Virus record (IMG/VR): IMGVR_UViG_3300014050_000003
Location: 1 to 64,000 of that record
Strand: one strand, 5' to 3'
Origin: a virus
DNA length: 64,000 bases
This document shows, in pieces, positions 31,627-40,655 of the stretch (positions within the stretch are counted from its first letter, which is position 1; each line of letters begins with the position of its first letter). The notes under the pieces are model-generated. The model was not told the DNA's origin, made no database searches, and was given only the letters and a program-made list of their open reading frames with translations. A program made the position numbers and the translations under genes.

Positions 31627-32603
31627 ATTCTATGTTTTTTAATTCGCATATCAGATACGCAACTACATTTTTCAAGTCTACAAATTATTGGTTCTTTAAA
31701 AAGTTTTATTCTTAAATTTGGATTTTTTAATAAATTTCCAAAAGCGATATCTTTTACTCCACAATGAGCAGCTCTTATATCTCCATCCCATTTTACAGAT
31801 ATAGCATCTATTCCTGCATAACATTTATATTTAAAAAACTTATTCAATTCTTGTGATTGTAATTTTTGTCCTAAAAATTTTTCTTTTGTACCATCTTCGT
31901 ACACAATATATGCATTTCTGCTTTGATAATTTGGATTAATTTTATTTAAACTTATATTATTATGGTAAACATTATTTTTAATCCATTCCATTTGTTCTGA
32001 AGTGTATGAATCATAATAATTTTGTTTTCTGTTATCATCTTTTGATTCTTTATCATGTCTAAATATTAATCCTTTAAATTCCATTATAGGAACATTATTT
32101 TCTTTAAAAAAATTAATTGCTTCATGTGCGCGTTCCCAATATTTTGGGTCCATTAATATTCCAATTTTTACTATAGATTGTTTTTCTATACCAAGTTTAA
32201 CAATTTCTAATACATGTTTAAAATTGGCGTATCTTGGGTGAACGCTAAGATTTGTCATATTTATTTTGCTTAAATTTTTTTCCCAAAAATCCATTTTTGC
32301 ACTTCCATTTGTATCTAAACCTATATAAAAATTATTTTCTTTAAAAAAGTCAATAAGATCATCTATGCCTTCATATATTGTAGGTTCTCCTCCAGTAAGA
32401 CCTACGAATCTTTTTTGATATTGCATTATTTCTGGATTATCTAATAATAAATTTTTAAAAAAATTAATATAAGTTTGAATAGATATTAATGGTGTGGATC
32501 CACTATTTAATTTTGGCGGACAATAAACGCATTGATAGTTGCATTTATTTAATATAGTAAATTGTATATTAAATTCATCATTTTCTATTGCTTTAATCTT
32601 CAT
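31623..32603 (-). CDS. Radical SAM enzyme with Cys-rich (SPASM/twitch-like) C-terminus
   Basis: CNYQCVYC (CxxxCxxC), TGGEPT, TNGS; C-terminal C.AG...C...GN...C...C.C. Confidence 0.9.
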   Translation of the reverse strand: MKIKAIENDEFNIQFTILNKCNYQCVYCPPKLNSGSTPLISIQTYINFFKNLLLDNPEIMQYQKRFVGLTGGEPTIYEGIDDLIDFFKENNFYIGLDTNGSAKMDFWEKNLSKINMTNLSVHPRYANFKHVLEIVKLGIEKQSIVKIGILMDPKYWERAHEAINFFKENNVPIMEFKGLIFRHDKESKDDNRKQNYYDSYTSEQMEWIKNNVYHNNISLNKINPNYQSRNAYIVYEDGTKEKFLGQKLQSQELNKFFKYKCYAGIDAISVKWDGDIRAAHCGVKDIAFGNLLKNPNLRIKLFKEPIICRLEKCSCVSDMRIKKHRI

Positions 32604-33597
32604 TGTTTTTAATAATTTTTGGAACTAAACATGTTTGTAACCTATATGATATAGAAAATATATGATTATTTTCATTTTCTATTTTTTGTTCGTTTTCTTT
32701 TCTAGAATAAAAATATTCTTTTATAAGTGGTTCTAATCTTTTCCCATGTTGAGTAAATTTAAGAACTCCATAATTATCATATTCGATGTCATTGTCTGGA
32801 TTATAATTTTCATTAATTAAAATATTGTGCCTTTCGTTATACTGCCTATTTTCCATGCTTCCATGCCAATAATGAATTATTAATCCATTTACATAATTGA
32901 ATTTAACTCCTTCAAATTTTTTTTGATATGATAACCATTTATTCTTACTTGAAGTTGTTATTTTTTTATTAAACACATTTTCATAAGTTTCATCTTTCAA
33001 TATACAAAAATTAGATATCATTGAATCTGCTCCACCAATAATTTCTATATCATTTATTTTTTCAATTTTATTATAAAATAATTTATTTATTGCCCAAATT
33101 TGGCCAGTAGATGCACCAAATTTATTACGATTATTAAAATTAATTGCATTATACATTACGCTTTTATTAGACATGCATAGCATGCCATCTTTTCTAGCTA
33201 TCATTTGTAATTCATTATTTGAATTTAAATGTATAATTTCTGACCAAGGTTGTACTATATCGTATACTTTTAATTTTTCAATAGTTTCTTCGACCCACGA
33301 TGGATTTAAAAAATAAATATCTCTATCTGACCAAGCTATATATTCAGCTTCGTTTGGAAGATGTTTTATTGCAAGATTAATTAAATTTTCCTTAACCCAT
33401 AAAATATTATTAAGTTTAAATTTTAAATGTTTATATATTATATTAGAATAATCAGATAGTTCTTCATTATATATTCCTTCGCATAAAATAATTTTAAGAT
33501 TATCTCTTTTTGAATAATTTTGTATAAATAAATCTAAGTTTTTTTTGGCAAAAATTGATTTAGTAAAATCAAAATATGGCAATATTAAATATAACAT
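32593..33597 (-). CDS. GT-A fold glycosyltransferase-like protein
   Basis: W.KENLINLAI, WSDRDI (DxD), HYWHG....RQYNERH; paralogue of 26490-27449. Confidence 0.7.
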   Translation of the reverse strand: MLYLILPYFDFTKSIFAKKNLDLFIQNYSKRDNLKIILCEGIYNEELSDYSNIIYKHLKFKLNNILWVKENLINLAIKHLPNEAEYIAWSDRDIYFLNPSWVEETIEKLKVYDIVQPWSEIIHLNSNNELQMIARKDGMLCMSNKSVMYNAINFNNRNKFGASTGQIWAINKLFYNKIEKINDIEIIGGADSMISNFCILKDETYENVFNKKITTSSKNKWLSYQKKFEGVKFNYVNGLIIHYWHGSMENRQYNERHNILINENYNPDNDIEYDNYGVLKFTQHGKRLEPLIKEYFYSRKENEQKIENENNHIFSISYRLQTCLVPKIIKNNED

Positions 33598-33637
33598 ATA
33601 TCTTCTATATTAAATTATAATATAGATATTATTAAAG

Positions 33638-33865
33638 TCAATCAAAAATACTTTTATTTTTTTCTGGTATAAACTGAACTAATGCTTGATCACCATATAT
33701 TTGAAAAGAATACATTTTATATTTTTTATGTATTAACATATCTTTAAGTTGATTCATATACTGACTTTCCATATAAACTACAATCGTTTCGCCATCATGA
33801 ATATCAACGCCATATTCTTCTGCAAATTCAGAACAAATTGCTAGAGCTTCGTTTTGATCGCTCAT
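33638..33865 (-). CDS. Hypothetical protein
   Basis: 75 aa, with GTGTAA 8 nt upstream; resembles 18402-18650 (.AEE(F/Y)G motif). Confidence 0.6.
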   Translation of the reverse strand: MSDQNEALAICSEFAEEYGVDIHDGETIVVYMESQYMNQLKDMLIHKKYKMYSFQIYGDQALVQFIPEKNKSIFD

Positions 33866-33885
33866 ATAATTAATTACACGATAAT

Positions 33886-33972
33886 CGGGGCGAGTAGGAT
33901 TCGAACCTACGAATGTATTTCTACATCGGCAGTTTAGTAAACTGCTGTTTTAAACCGCTCAACCATCGCCCC
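33886..33972 (-). tRNA. tRNA-Ser(ACT), rare A34 anticodon
   Basis: GGGGCGA/TCGCCCC acceptor stem, G73, anticodon arm GCAGT-TT ACT AA-ACTGC, long variable arm ATGTA-GAAA-TACAT, T-arm GTAGG-TTCGAAT-CCTAC. Confidence 0.9.
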
Positions 33973-33975
33973 CAT

Positions 33976-34047
33976 CTCCCAAACTAGGATTTGAACCTAG
34001 AACACCCTCGTTAACAGCGAGGCGCTCTACCATTGAGCTATTTGGGA
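33976..34047 (-). tRNA. tRNA-Asn(GTT)
   Basis: TCCCAAA/TTTGGGA acceptor stem, anticodon arm CCTCG-CT GTT AA-CGAGG, T-loop GGTTCAAATCC. Confidence 0.95.
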
Positions 34048-34052
34048 ATAAA

Positions 34053-34229
34053 TCAAATTATTTTAAAAACTTTAAGCATTATTATGCCAGACATAATAAT
34101 ACCAACAAATCCAGTAATTGTTCTAATAAGTTCCATTTTATGGTTATGCTTGTCTACCCATATCTCAAACTTATCTCTGAGTTTACCAGCTTTTTCTAAT
34201 TTCTTGAGTTTCTTTTTACTTATTTTCAT
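34053..34229 (-). CDS. 58-aa basic membrane protein
   Basis: MKISKKKLKKLEKAGKLRDKFEIWVDKHNHKMELIRTITGFVGIIMSGIIMLKVFKII. Confidence 0.55.
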   Translation of the reverse strand: MKISKKKLKKLEKAGKLRDKFEIWVDKHNHKMELIRTITGFVGIIMSGIIMLKVFKII

Positions 34230-34626
34230 TTTTTTGAAATATAAAAATTATTTTTACCTTTTGGACATAATTTAATTATATATTCTTTTGCGGATTTATA
34301 ACCTTCTTTTGTTAAAGGAAATACTCCATGAAGAAAATTATCATTTTTAGAATGAATAGCGTAATATTTTTGTTTTTTAGTTTTAGGCATTTTTTTGTCT
34401 TTCATATTCTTGTATTAAATCTCTTAATAATTTAAGATGATGTACATCCCAACTATCTCCTGTGTCAGTTTTTTCTTTGTTTAAAAGGTCATAATATACG
34501 TTTTTTTCTATTATTTGATTCAATAGTGTTAGTATTTTATCATATAAATTATTCATTAATATATTATATTAGAATATTTGCAAAAAGTCAAAAATCGTGT
34601 ATAATCTTATATAGTTCTTTTACATT

Positions 34627-35014
34627 GGGCCCGAATTGGTTTCGATTTTATAGATCGAAATTAAAATGCAAGTGGAGGTTGAATCGAGGACTCCTTAAAA
34701 AGTTTCAATTATATTAACTGCCAAAACAGCTAAATATAAAGGTCATATCTCTGCTAGAGTTTCTCTAGTCGAGGAGACCGCTTCTGTAGCTTAAGTTCTA
34801 CAGCGTGACTACCTTGACACATCTATTGGATAGTTGCGTAATTAGATGTCTTATTATTAATAGTTTTTTTATTCTATTAATATTAAGTATTAAAAATAAA
34901 ATCGCTAAGTATGTTTGTTCTTTATCTATATGAAGCTAAAAACAAAAAGAACTAAACTTGTAGTATTTTAATTTAAATCTTTAAAAGACCGCAGTTCAAC
35001 TCTGCGCGGGTCCA
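34627..35014 (+). ncRNA. ssrA: tmRNA
   Basis: 5' GGGCCCGAATTGGTTTCGA and 3' GACCGCAG-TTCAACT-CTGCG-CGGGTCCA give an Ala acceptor stem with G3:U70. Resume context TAACT-GCC; tag ORF 34720-34794 AKTAKYKGHISARVSLVEETASVA*; TTGCAA-16-TATAAT promoter at 34578-34605. Confidence 0.92.
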
Positions 35015-35045
35015 AGTTTATTAAAAATAAGTGTAATATATCAAT

Positions 35046-35387
35046 ATGCAAACAATTAATGTAAAAATAATAATAAATTCAATTCCTAAAACAATTCAAT
35101 CCGAGAATACTCGTCCTTGCCCAAGAGTTAATTGTTTTAAATATCCGCAAATTCCAGTTGATTTAAATAAAAAAGGTGAATATTATTTTAATTATGAAGT
35201 AAAAACTAAAAAGGGCGAGAGATGTGGTATAGATATATTTAGTTGGACAAATAATGATGTACAAATAATAAGCAATCCAAGATTACCAATAGAACAGCAA
35301 CCAGCTGGAGATAATTTAGATCAAATAAAAAGGACTATAAATATATTAAAACCTGGAGATTATAGTTTTATAATAGATATTACATAA
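35046..35387 (+). CDS. Hypothetical protein (GTGTAA-class promoter)
   Basis: 113 aa; GTGTAA at 35031-35036. Confidence 0.6.
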   Translation: MQTINVKIIINSIPKTIQSENTRPCPRVNCFKYPQIPVDLNKKGEYYFNYEVKTKKGERCGIDIFSWTNNDVQIISNPRLPIEQQPAGDNLDQIKRTINILKPGDYSFIIDIT

Positions 35388-35391
35388 ATTA

Positions 35392-36156
35392 TTATTTATT
35401 AATAATTTCTTCTAATAAGGCGATTAATTTATTTTGTTTTGATAATTCTCCAGCGATATTATGTTTATCAATATTAAATGGATAGTAAATAATATTTTTA
35501 AATTTTTTAATTCTTTTTATTCTTGCTTGTTCTTTTATATTTTTAGAATGAACAATATAAATTTCTAACTTATAATTTTTATCGTATTTATAATTAGATA
35601 CAATTGTTTCAATATCTTTATATTCTTTTTTCAAATTTAATAATAATTCTAAAGACTTTTCATATGTTATTCCTCTTTGTTGTGCATAAAAAATTTTATC
35701 AATTCCATATCTTTTAACCATATTTAAAATAATTCTTTTACTTATATATGTAATTGGATTAAATACTATAACTTTGATTTTATTAACATTCTGTAGTGAA
35801 TTCATATTCAAGCTATGGGCTATTGCCCCAAATCCACCCATACTAGTTCCAATAAAAAAAATTTCTTTATATTGATGAAAATTTATTAATTGTTCTAATT
35901 TAGAACATGTTTCTTTTATATTAGAAGAATATTTAGGAATACCATTAATATAATGGCTGCCTTGAATGTCACAAAAAAATAAACTGCTAAAATTAAATTT
36001 GTTTTTAGGGCCAAATGTTTTATAAAAATCAAATTTTATAAAAGAAGTAGCTCCAGTAAATATTACTGCTAATTTATTGGTTTTTTCATTTTTAAAAAAA
36101 AGATAACTTTCTTTTGTGCTATTTTTTAAAAAATAAGTTTCATCATAATCTTGCAT
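35392..36156 (-). CDS. Alpha/beta-hydrolase fold protein
   Basis: FIGTSMGGFGA nucleophile elbow and a C-terminal His. Confidence 0.7.
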   Translation of the reverse strand: MQDYDETYFLKNSTKESYLFFKNEKTNKLAVIFTGATSFIKFDFYKTFGPKNKFNFSSLFFCDIQGSHYINGIPKYSSNIKETCSKLEQLINFHQYKEIFFIGTSMGGFGAIAHSLNMNSLQNVNKIKVIVFNPITYISKRIILNMVKRYGIDKIFYAQQRGITYEKSLELLLNLKKEYKDIETIVSNYKYDKNYKLEIYIVHSKNIKEQARIKRIKKFKNIIYYPFNIDKHNIAGELSKQNKLIALLEEIINK

Positions 36157-36170
36157 AATTTTGCATAATT

Positions 36171-37178
36171 TTAAATGATATTTTTGTTTCCAGAAAAAAT
36201 AATTTCAACATATTCATCAATATTATTACTAATATAAGATTTTATAAAAGATTGCATTGCTTTTAAAGTATTAAATTTATATAGATTATTATTTTGAAAT
36301 AATTTGTATGTATTTATTTGTTCAAGAATATCACATTTATTTATAATTAATTTTGTAACACCAGATATTTTTATAGCATCAATTAATTTATTTAAATTAA
36401 GCCAATTAACAATTCTACGTCTTCCAGTAGTTGACCCAAATTCTTTTCCAATTTCTATTACCATATTCAATACTTCATCATTCCATAAGCTTTCTGGAAA
36501 TAAAGGATCTACGCCACTTTTTGTATCATAAATTTTAGCTACTCCAATTATATCTCTTATTTTTTTAGGACTAAAACCTAAAGAGCAAGCATTATAAGGT
36601 AAAGTTTCGCTACTTGTTACATATGGATAATCTCCATAATTTATATCTAACCAAAAACTCTGCGCACCTTCACAAAGAATATTCCCTTTAAGTTCTCCAT
36701 CCCAAATATATTTTTTATCAATATAATCTTTTGCTAATTTTCCAATTCGTAGCATTTTGTCTGCATATGCTGGAGCAATTCCTTGTCCAGTTGTGCCAAG
36801 TTTTGGTTTTAAGAATTTAAGATCATACTGAATATGTCTTTCAGTAATGATATGAGCTTTAGGACTAACTTTAATTAAAGAAGTGTCGAAGCCTTCTTTT
36901 TGTAAATATTCTATTTCATCAAAAAATTTATCAATATTGATAACGCAATTTGGACCGATAATACTAAGTTTATCTTGAAAAACTCCACAAGGAATAATAT
37001 GAGTTTTATATTTTTTATCATTAAGATAAACTGTATGACCTGCGTTTGGACCGCCATTCCAACGACAAACAATATCATAATTTTTAGCAATAGCATTACT
37101 TATCTTGCCTTTGCCTTCATCTCCCCAAGCTAAACCGAAAATAATATCAACTGCTTTGACCATTTTGTTTTTTAGCAA
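36171..37178 (-). CDS. purA: Adenylosuccinate synthetase (short form; start may be 37163)
   Basis: WGDEGKGK, GGPNAGHT, GTT..GI.PAY.DK, EGAQ..LD...G.YPYVTSS, EFGSTTGRRR, K.D.L. Confidence 0.95.
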   Translation of the reverse strand: MLKNKMVKAVDIIFGLAWGDEGKGKISNAIAKNYDIVCRWNGGPNAGHTVYLNDKKYKTHIIPCGVFQDKLSIIGPNCVINIDKFFDEIEYLQKEGFDTSLIKVSPKAHIITERHIQYDLKFLKPKLGTTGQGIAPAYADKMLRIGKLAKDYIDKKYIWDGELKGNILCEGAQSFWLDINYGDYPYVTSSETLPYNACSLGFSPKKIRDIIGVAKIYDTKSGVDPLFPESLWNDEVLNMVIEIGKEFGSTTGRRRIVNWLNLNKLIDAIKISGVTKLIINKCDILEQINTYKLFQNNNLYKFNTLKAMQSFIKSYISNNIDEYVEIIFSGNKNII

Positions 37179-37404
37179 TTTCTTCTAAATAATTAACAAG
37201 CATTTTTTTACAAAAATCATATCCTTCCTTACCACAACAATGCTTAAATTTCTTTCCTTCCAAGGCGCATAAATCATTTCTGCCCATTTTAGGCGCTACT
37301 CTATGAATTGGTGCTCCACCATAAGCTCTAATATATGGAGTATCTACATGACTAAAATCAATTTTTTGATTAGATGAGCTAGAGCTATTATTTTCTGTTT
37401 CCAT
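37147..37404 (-). CDS. SEC-C motif protein
   Basis: K.GRND.C...GKKFK.CCG. Confidence 0.75.
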   Translation of the reverse strand: METENNSSSSSNQKIDFSHVDTPYIRAYGGAPIHRVAPKMGRNDLCALEGKKFKHCCGKEGYDFCKKMLVNYLEEIAKKQNGQSS

Positions 37405-37405
37405 T

Positions 37406-37618
37406 TTATGGATACTCTACTGATGGAGATCTTAAATCAAAGATAGAAACTTTTTCAGTTTCTCCAGACAATCTTTTTACAATTACATTGGCTTCATCAA
37501 TAACAGAATCTACCTGTCCATAATAATAATCATTCTTTACATAATCTTTAATTATTACCATTTTTCTTCCAATAATCTTTTTTAAGATATTTAGTTTTAT
37601 GTTATTTTTAATACTCAT
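37406..37618 (-). CDS. Hypothetical protein
   Basis: 70-aa co-oriented ORF. Confidence 0.55.
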   Translation of the reverse strand: MSIKNNIKLNILKKIIGRKMVIIKDYVKNDYYYGQVDSVIDEANVIVKRLSGETEKVSIFDLRSPSVEYP

Positions 37619-37642
37619 TATATTAATATATTACTTTATATT

Positions 37643-38335
37643 TTATATTTCGTCAATATCATTTATTTGTATTAATTTAATTTTATTATTTTTATTAATT
37701 AAAATATAAGATGCTTGTTTTTCACAAAAACTTCCAGTATTAATGTATTTTTCGGTTTGTTCTGGTAAATGAGTATGACCACAAATTATAGTATTATAAC
37801 CATTCATATCAATATATTTGATAGCGTTTTGTTTGATATCGGAGCTTTTTTCAACAAAATCATTTGTATGATGTTTAAATATTCTAAAAAAATCATCTGC
37901 AAATGGAGTATAATGTCTAACAAAATAATATGCTTTTATAATAAAATTAGTAATCCACTTATATTTTGTGAAATAAATATCAAAAATATCGCCATGAACT
38001 ACTAATATTTTTTTATCTTTTAATTCTATGATATGTTCGTCCTTACAATTAAATCCAAGAAGAATACTCATAAACTCTGCTTTAAGAAAACAATGATTGC
38101 CAATCAAATAAATTATTTTAGATTTTTTAGAAAGCTTGCGTAATTTAGACAATACTTTCCAATGAGTTTTATTTAGTCTGTGTAAATTGTGGTGGTCAAA
38201 AAGATCCCCAGCAATTATAATAGTTTTCGCTTTGTTTTGTTTTAAAACTTTTAATAATAATTCAGCTTTACAATCTTTATCTCCAAGATGAATATCTGAT
38301 ATTATTAAATATTTATTTTGTTTCCTGTGAGCCAT
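37643..38335 (-). CDS. Calcineurin-like metallophosphoesterase (LpxH/YbbF-like)
   Basis: ISDIHLG, AGDLFD, IGNH, HGD.FD, GHTH, NTGSF. Confidence 0.85.
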   Translation of the reverse strand: MAHRKQNKYLIISDIHLGDKDCKAELLLKVLKQNKAKTIIIAGDLFDHHNLHRLNKTHWKVLSKLRKLSKKSKIIYLIGNHCFLKAEFMSILLGFNCKDEHIIELKDKKILVVHGDIFDIYFTKYKWITNFIIKAYYFVRHYTPFADDFFRIFKHHTNDFVEKSSDIKQNAIKYIDMNGYNTIICGHTHLPEQTEKYINTGSFCEKQASYILINKNNKIKLIQINDIDEI

Positions 38336-38750
38336 TATTTTTAGTTCTTAAATAGTTAATTACAACTAACAAATTTAAAATATCTTTTTCTTTAATGTTT
38401 TTAGGATCGCAAAAATCAGTTGTAGTCTTAAATTCGTGACAATAAAAATTTATTGTCTCAGCTATTTTTGATGCTAAAGAATAAGATATTTCTATATTTT
38501 GACTAACATTAGATAATGGTTTAAATAAAGCCCAAATTTGATTTTTTTTATTTATAAGTGATGATCTGACGATATCATTTTTTTCTAATTCTTGTAAAGC
38601 AAGTAAAACCATCGCTTTTTCTTCTTCTGGTTCTTTACCTGTTATTCCTAATAAATCTCTATATTTAGAAAGTTCAAATATAGAATTATTTTCGAAATAA
38701 TTTAATAATAACACTACATATTCTACAATAGTTTTATTTTCCATGAGCAA
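38313..38750 (-). CDS. Hypothetical protein
   Basis: 145-aa ORF between guaB and the phosphoesterase. Confidence 0.6.
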   Translation of the reverse strand: MLMENKTIVEYVVLLLNYFENNSIFELSKYRDLLGITGKEPEEEKAMVLLALQELEKNDIVRSSLINKKNQIWALFKPLSNVSQNIEISYSLASKIAETINFYCHEFKTTTDFCDPKNIKEKDILNLLVVINYLRTKNNGSQETK

Positions 38751-39840
38751 AACTTTCGTACATATTATTTGCTGTTGTTCTGACGGCTATTATTTTACCT
38801 GTCCATAATCCACCACGCATCTCTTCTATAGTTCTAAAACCAAGATAACTCATAGTACTTCTAAGTCCATTAGCAAAATCATAAACTACATCTTCTATTG
38901 ATTTATCTTGAATAAGAGGAATCATTGTTTTATCTCCTTCTACAAAAAGATTTTTCTTACTACCATCGTATAGTTCATAATCCTCTACTACATCTTTACT
39001 TGCCATTCCTCTGTATACTGCAAATAATTTACCATCTTTTTCTACAATATTTTCTTCATCAACAACATCACTCAATCCAGCAAATATTCTTCCGCAAATT
39101 ACTCCATCTGCTCCACTTGCAATAGCTTTAGCTAAATCTCTTGGATTTCTAATTCCACCATCTGCAAGAATACTTGGTCTATTTTCTTCTTTAGGATTTT
39201 CTTGTCTAAAATGATCCAAATTAGATAATTGATAATTTCTAATTGCAGTCCAAGCATAAGATAATCCAGTAACACTTGGACAACCAATTCCAGTTTTAAT
39301 TTGAGTTAAACACATACTTCCTGGACCAATCAAATGTCTAAATCCGTCAGCTTTCAAATTCGCTAATCTATAAACGCTTGCTTTGGTAAGTGTATTTCCA
39401 ACAATAATATCTTGTTTATATTGAGACTGCTTATACCATATTAAGAAATCTTCGACACTTTTAGCCAAACCATTAGCAGTATCTAAAAAGAATATATCTG
39501 TATATTTAGATAGTCCTTGAATCCTTTCTAAGGCATCTTTTAAACCAATAGCACATATTGATCTTCCACTTTCATCTTTAATTTTTTTAGCTTTAAGCGA
39601 TTGTTCCTCAACAGGCATGAACCTATGAAGAACTCCAGCACAACCAATTTTATTAGCCTTGATACACGACTTAACAGAAGAAACTGTATCCATCGGTGAT
39701 AATACTATCGGAATATCAATATAGTTGTTTTTAGAAATTTTCGTTCTTGTACTTACTTCTTTTCTTGAAACTATATCTGAAAAATTAGGTAAAAGTGAAA
39801 TATCATCATATCCGATAGCTTCTTTAAAAATTACTTGCAT
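38734..39840 (-). CDS. guaB: IMP dehydrogenase / GMP reductase family (no CBS domain)
   Basis: YDD..LLP, SPMDTV, D.ANG, IGPGSMCLT (catalytic C), ADGGI, YRGMAS, EG, GLRS.MSYLG. Confidence 0.88.
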   Translation of the reverse strand: MQVIFKEAIGYDDISLLPNFSDIVSRKEVSTRTKISKNNYIDIPIVLSPMDTVSSVKSCIKANKIGCAGVLHRFMPVEEQSLKAKKIKDESGRSICAIGLKDALERIQGLSKYTDIFFLDTANGLAKSVEDFLIWYKQSQYKQDIIVGNTLTKASVYRLANLKADGFRHLIGPGSMCLTQIKTGIGCPSVTGLSYAWTAIRNYQLSNLDHFRQENPKEENRPSILADGGIRNPRDLAKAIASGADGVICGRIFAGLSDVVDEENIVEKDGKLFAVYRGMASKDVVEDYELYDGSKKNLFVEGDKTMIPLIQDKSIEDVVYDFANGLRSTMSYLGFRTIEEMRGGLWTGKIIAVRTTANNMYESFAHGK

Positions 39841-39863
39841 TGTAAAATAATAATATAAATATA

Positions 39864-40655
39864 TTAATTAGTCAAGATATTTTTACCATATTCTAAAAGA
39901 GCATTTTTACTTCTCATTCCATGAACAATAGCGGGATTTATAATAAATTTTTCCATAGTCATATAAGATACCCATTCCCATGTTTTATCTTTTGGTAAAA
40001 TTCCACTAAAATTAGTTGTCCAATCAGAAGCCCAATAGTTAAAATATTTTTCTGCAAATCTATTTCTTATATCCTTACTTGACATGTGAGATATATATCC
40101 TATTGATACTTCTTCTGGAACAGTATGATTTTTAAGTTTTAAATAATTATGAGATTTAAAAGCTAAATCAAAAGCTTGGTTTGCGAAATCTTTTTTGCAA
40201 ATCCAAAAACCACCATTTGTGTTTCTTATTTCGTTAGATACAACTCCTAATTCTTGAAAATATTTAACTAGATCTTGATTTTTTATACCCCACCAATCCT
40301 GTCTTTGAGTTTTAATTGAATTTACTGGACTTTCTAGAAATGAATGCCAAGGATCTCCATTTAAAATTTCTTCTATACCTATATCTGGCTTTCTAACAAA
40401 AAAATGATCTGCATCAATAAAAACAAATATATCATAGTCTAATTTTGCTATTTCTTTTAAGTAATGAAATTTAAAAAATTGTAATTGATCTAATTGTATT
40501 GTGTCGATTAAATTATGATTTTTAGCATATTTTAATTCTCTATCAGAAAAAATATGAAAATCTTCTGTCATACCTACATCTTTAAATGATTTTAACAAAG
40601 ATTGTAATATATAAGAATATTGCCCCCAAGCTATTGACCAATAACATATCTTCAT
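39864..40655 (-). CDS. Nucleotide-diphospho-sugar transferase-like protein
   Basis: K...L......YD.FVFIDADHFF (DxD), NGGFW. Confidence 0.6.
   Translation of the reverse strand: MKICYWSIAWGQYSYILQSLLKSFKDVGMTEDFHIFSDRELKYAKNHNLIDTIQLDQLQFFKFHYLKEIAKLDYDIFVFIDADHFFVRKPDIGIEEILNGDPWHSFLESPVNSIKTQRQDWWGIKNQDLVKYFQELGVVSNEIRNTNGGFWICKKDFANQAFDLAFKSHNYLKLKNHTVPEEVSIGYISHMSSKDIRNRFAEKYFNYWASDWTTNFSGILPKDKTWEWVSYMTMEKFIINPAIVHGMRSKNALLEYGKNILTN

Noticed and set aside
33886-33972. Amber-suppressor tRNA (CTA in the loop) or a recoded genetic code
   Set aside because: The 5-bp stem fixes the loop as TT-ACT-AA, so the anticodon is ACT. Long genes are intact in code 11 and all three stop codons appear as gene ends.
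36171-37178. PurZ (2-aminoadenine 'Z-genome' pathway), suggested by purA plus mazG
   Set aside because: The active-site motif is GDEGKGK with the PurA Asp, not the GSTGKG of PurZ, and no DatZ-like HD phosphohydrolase is adjacent.
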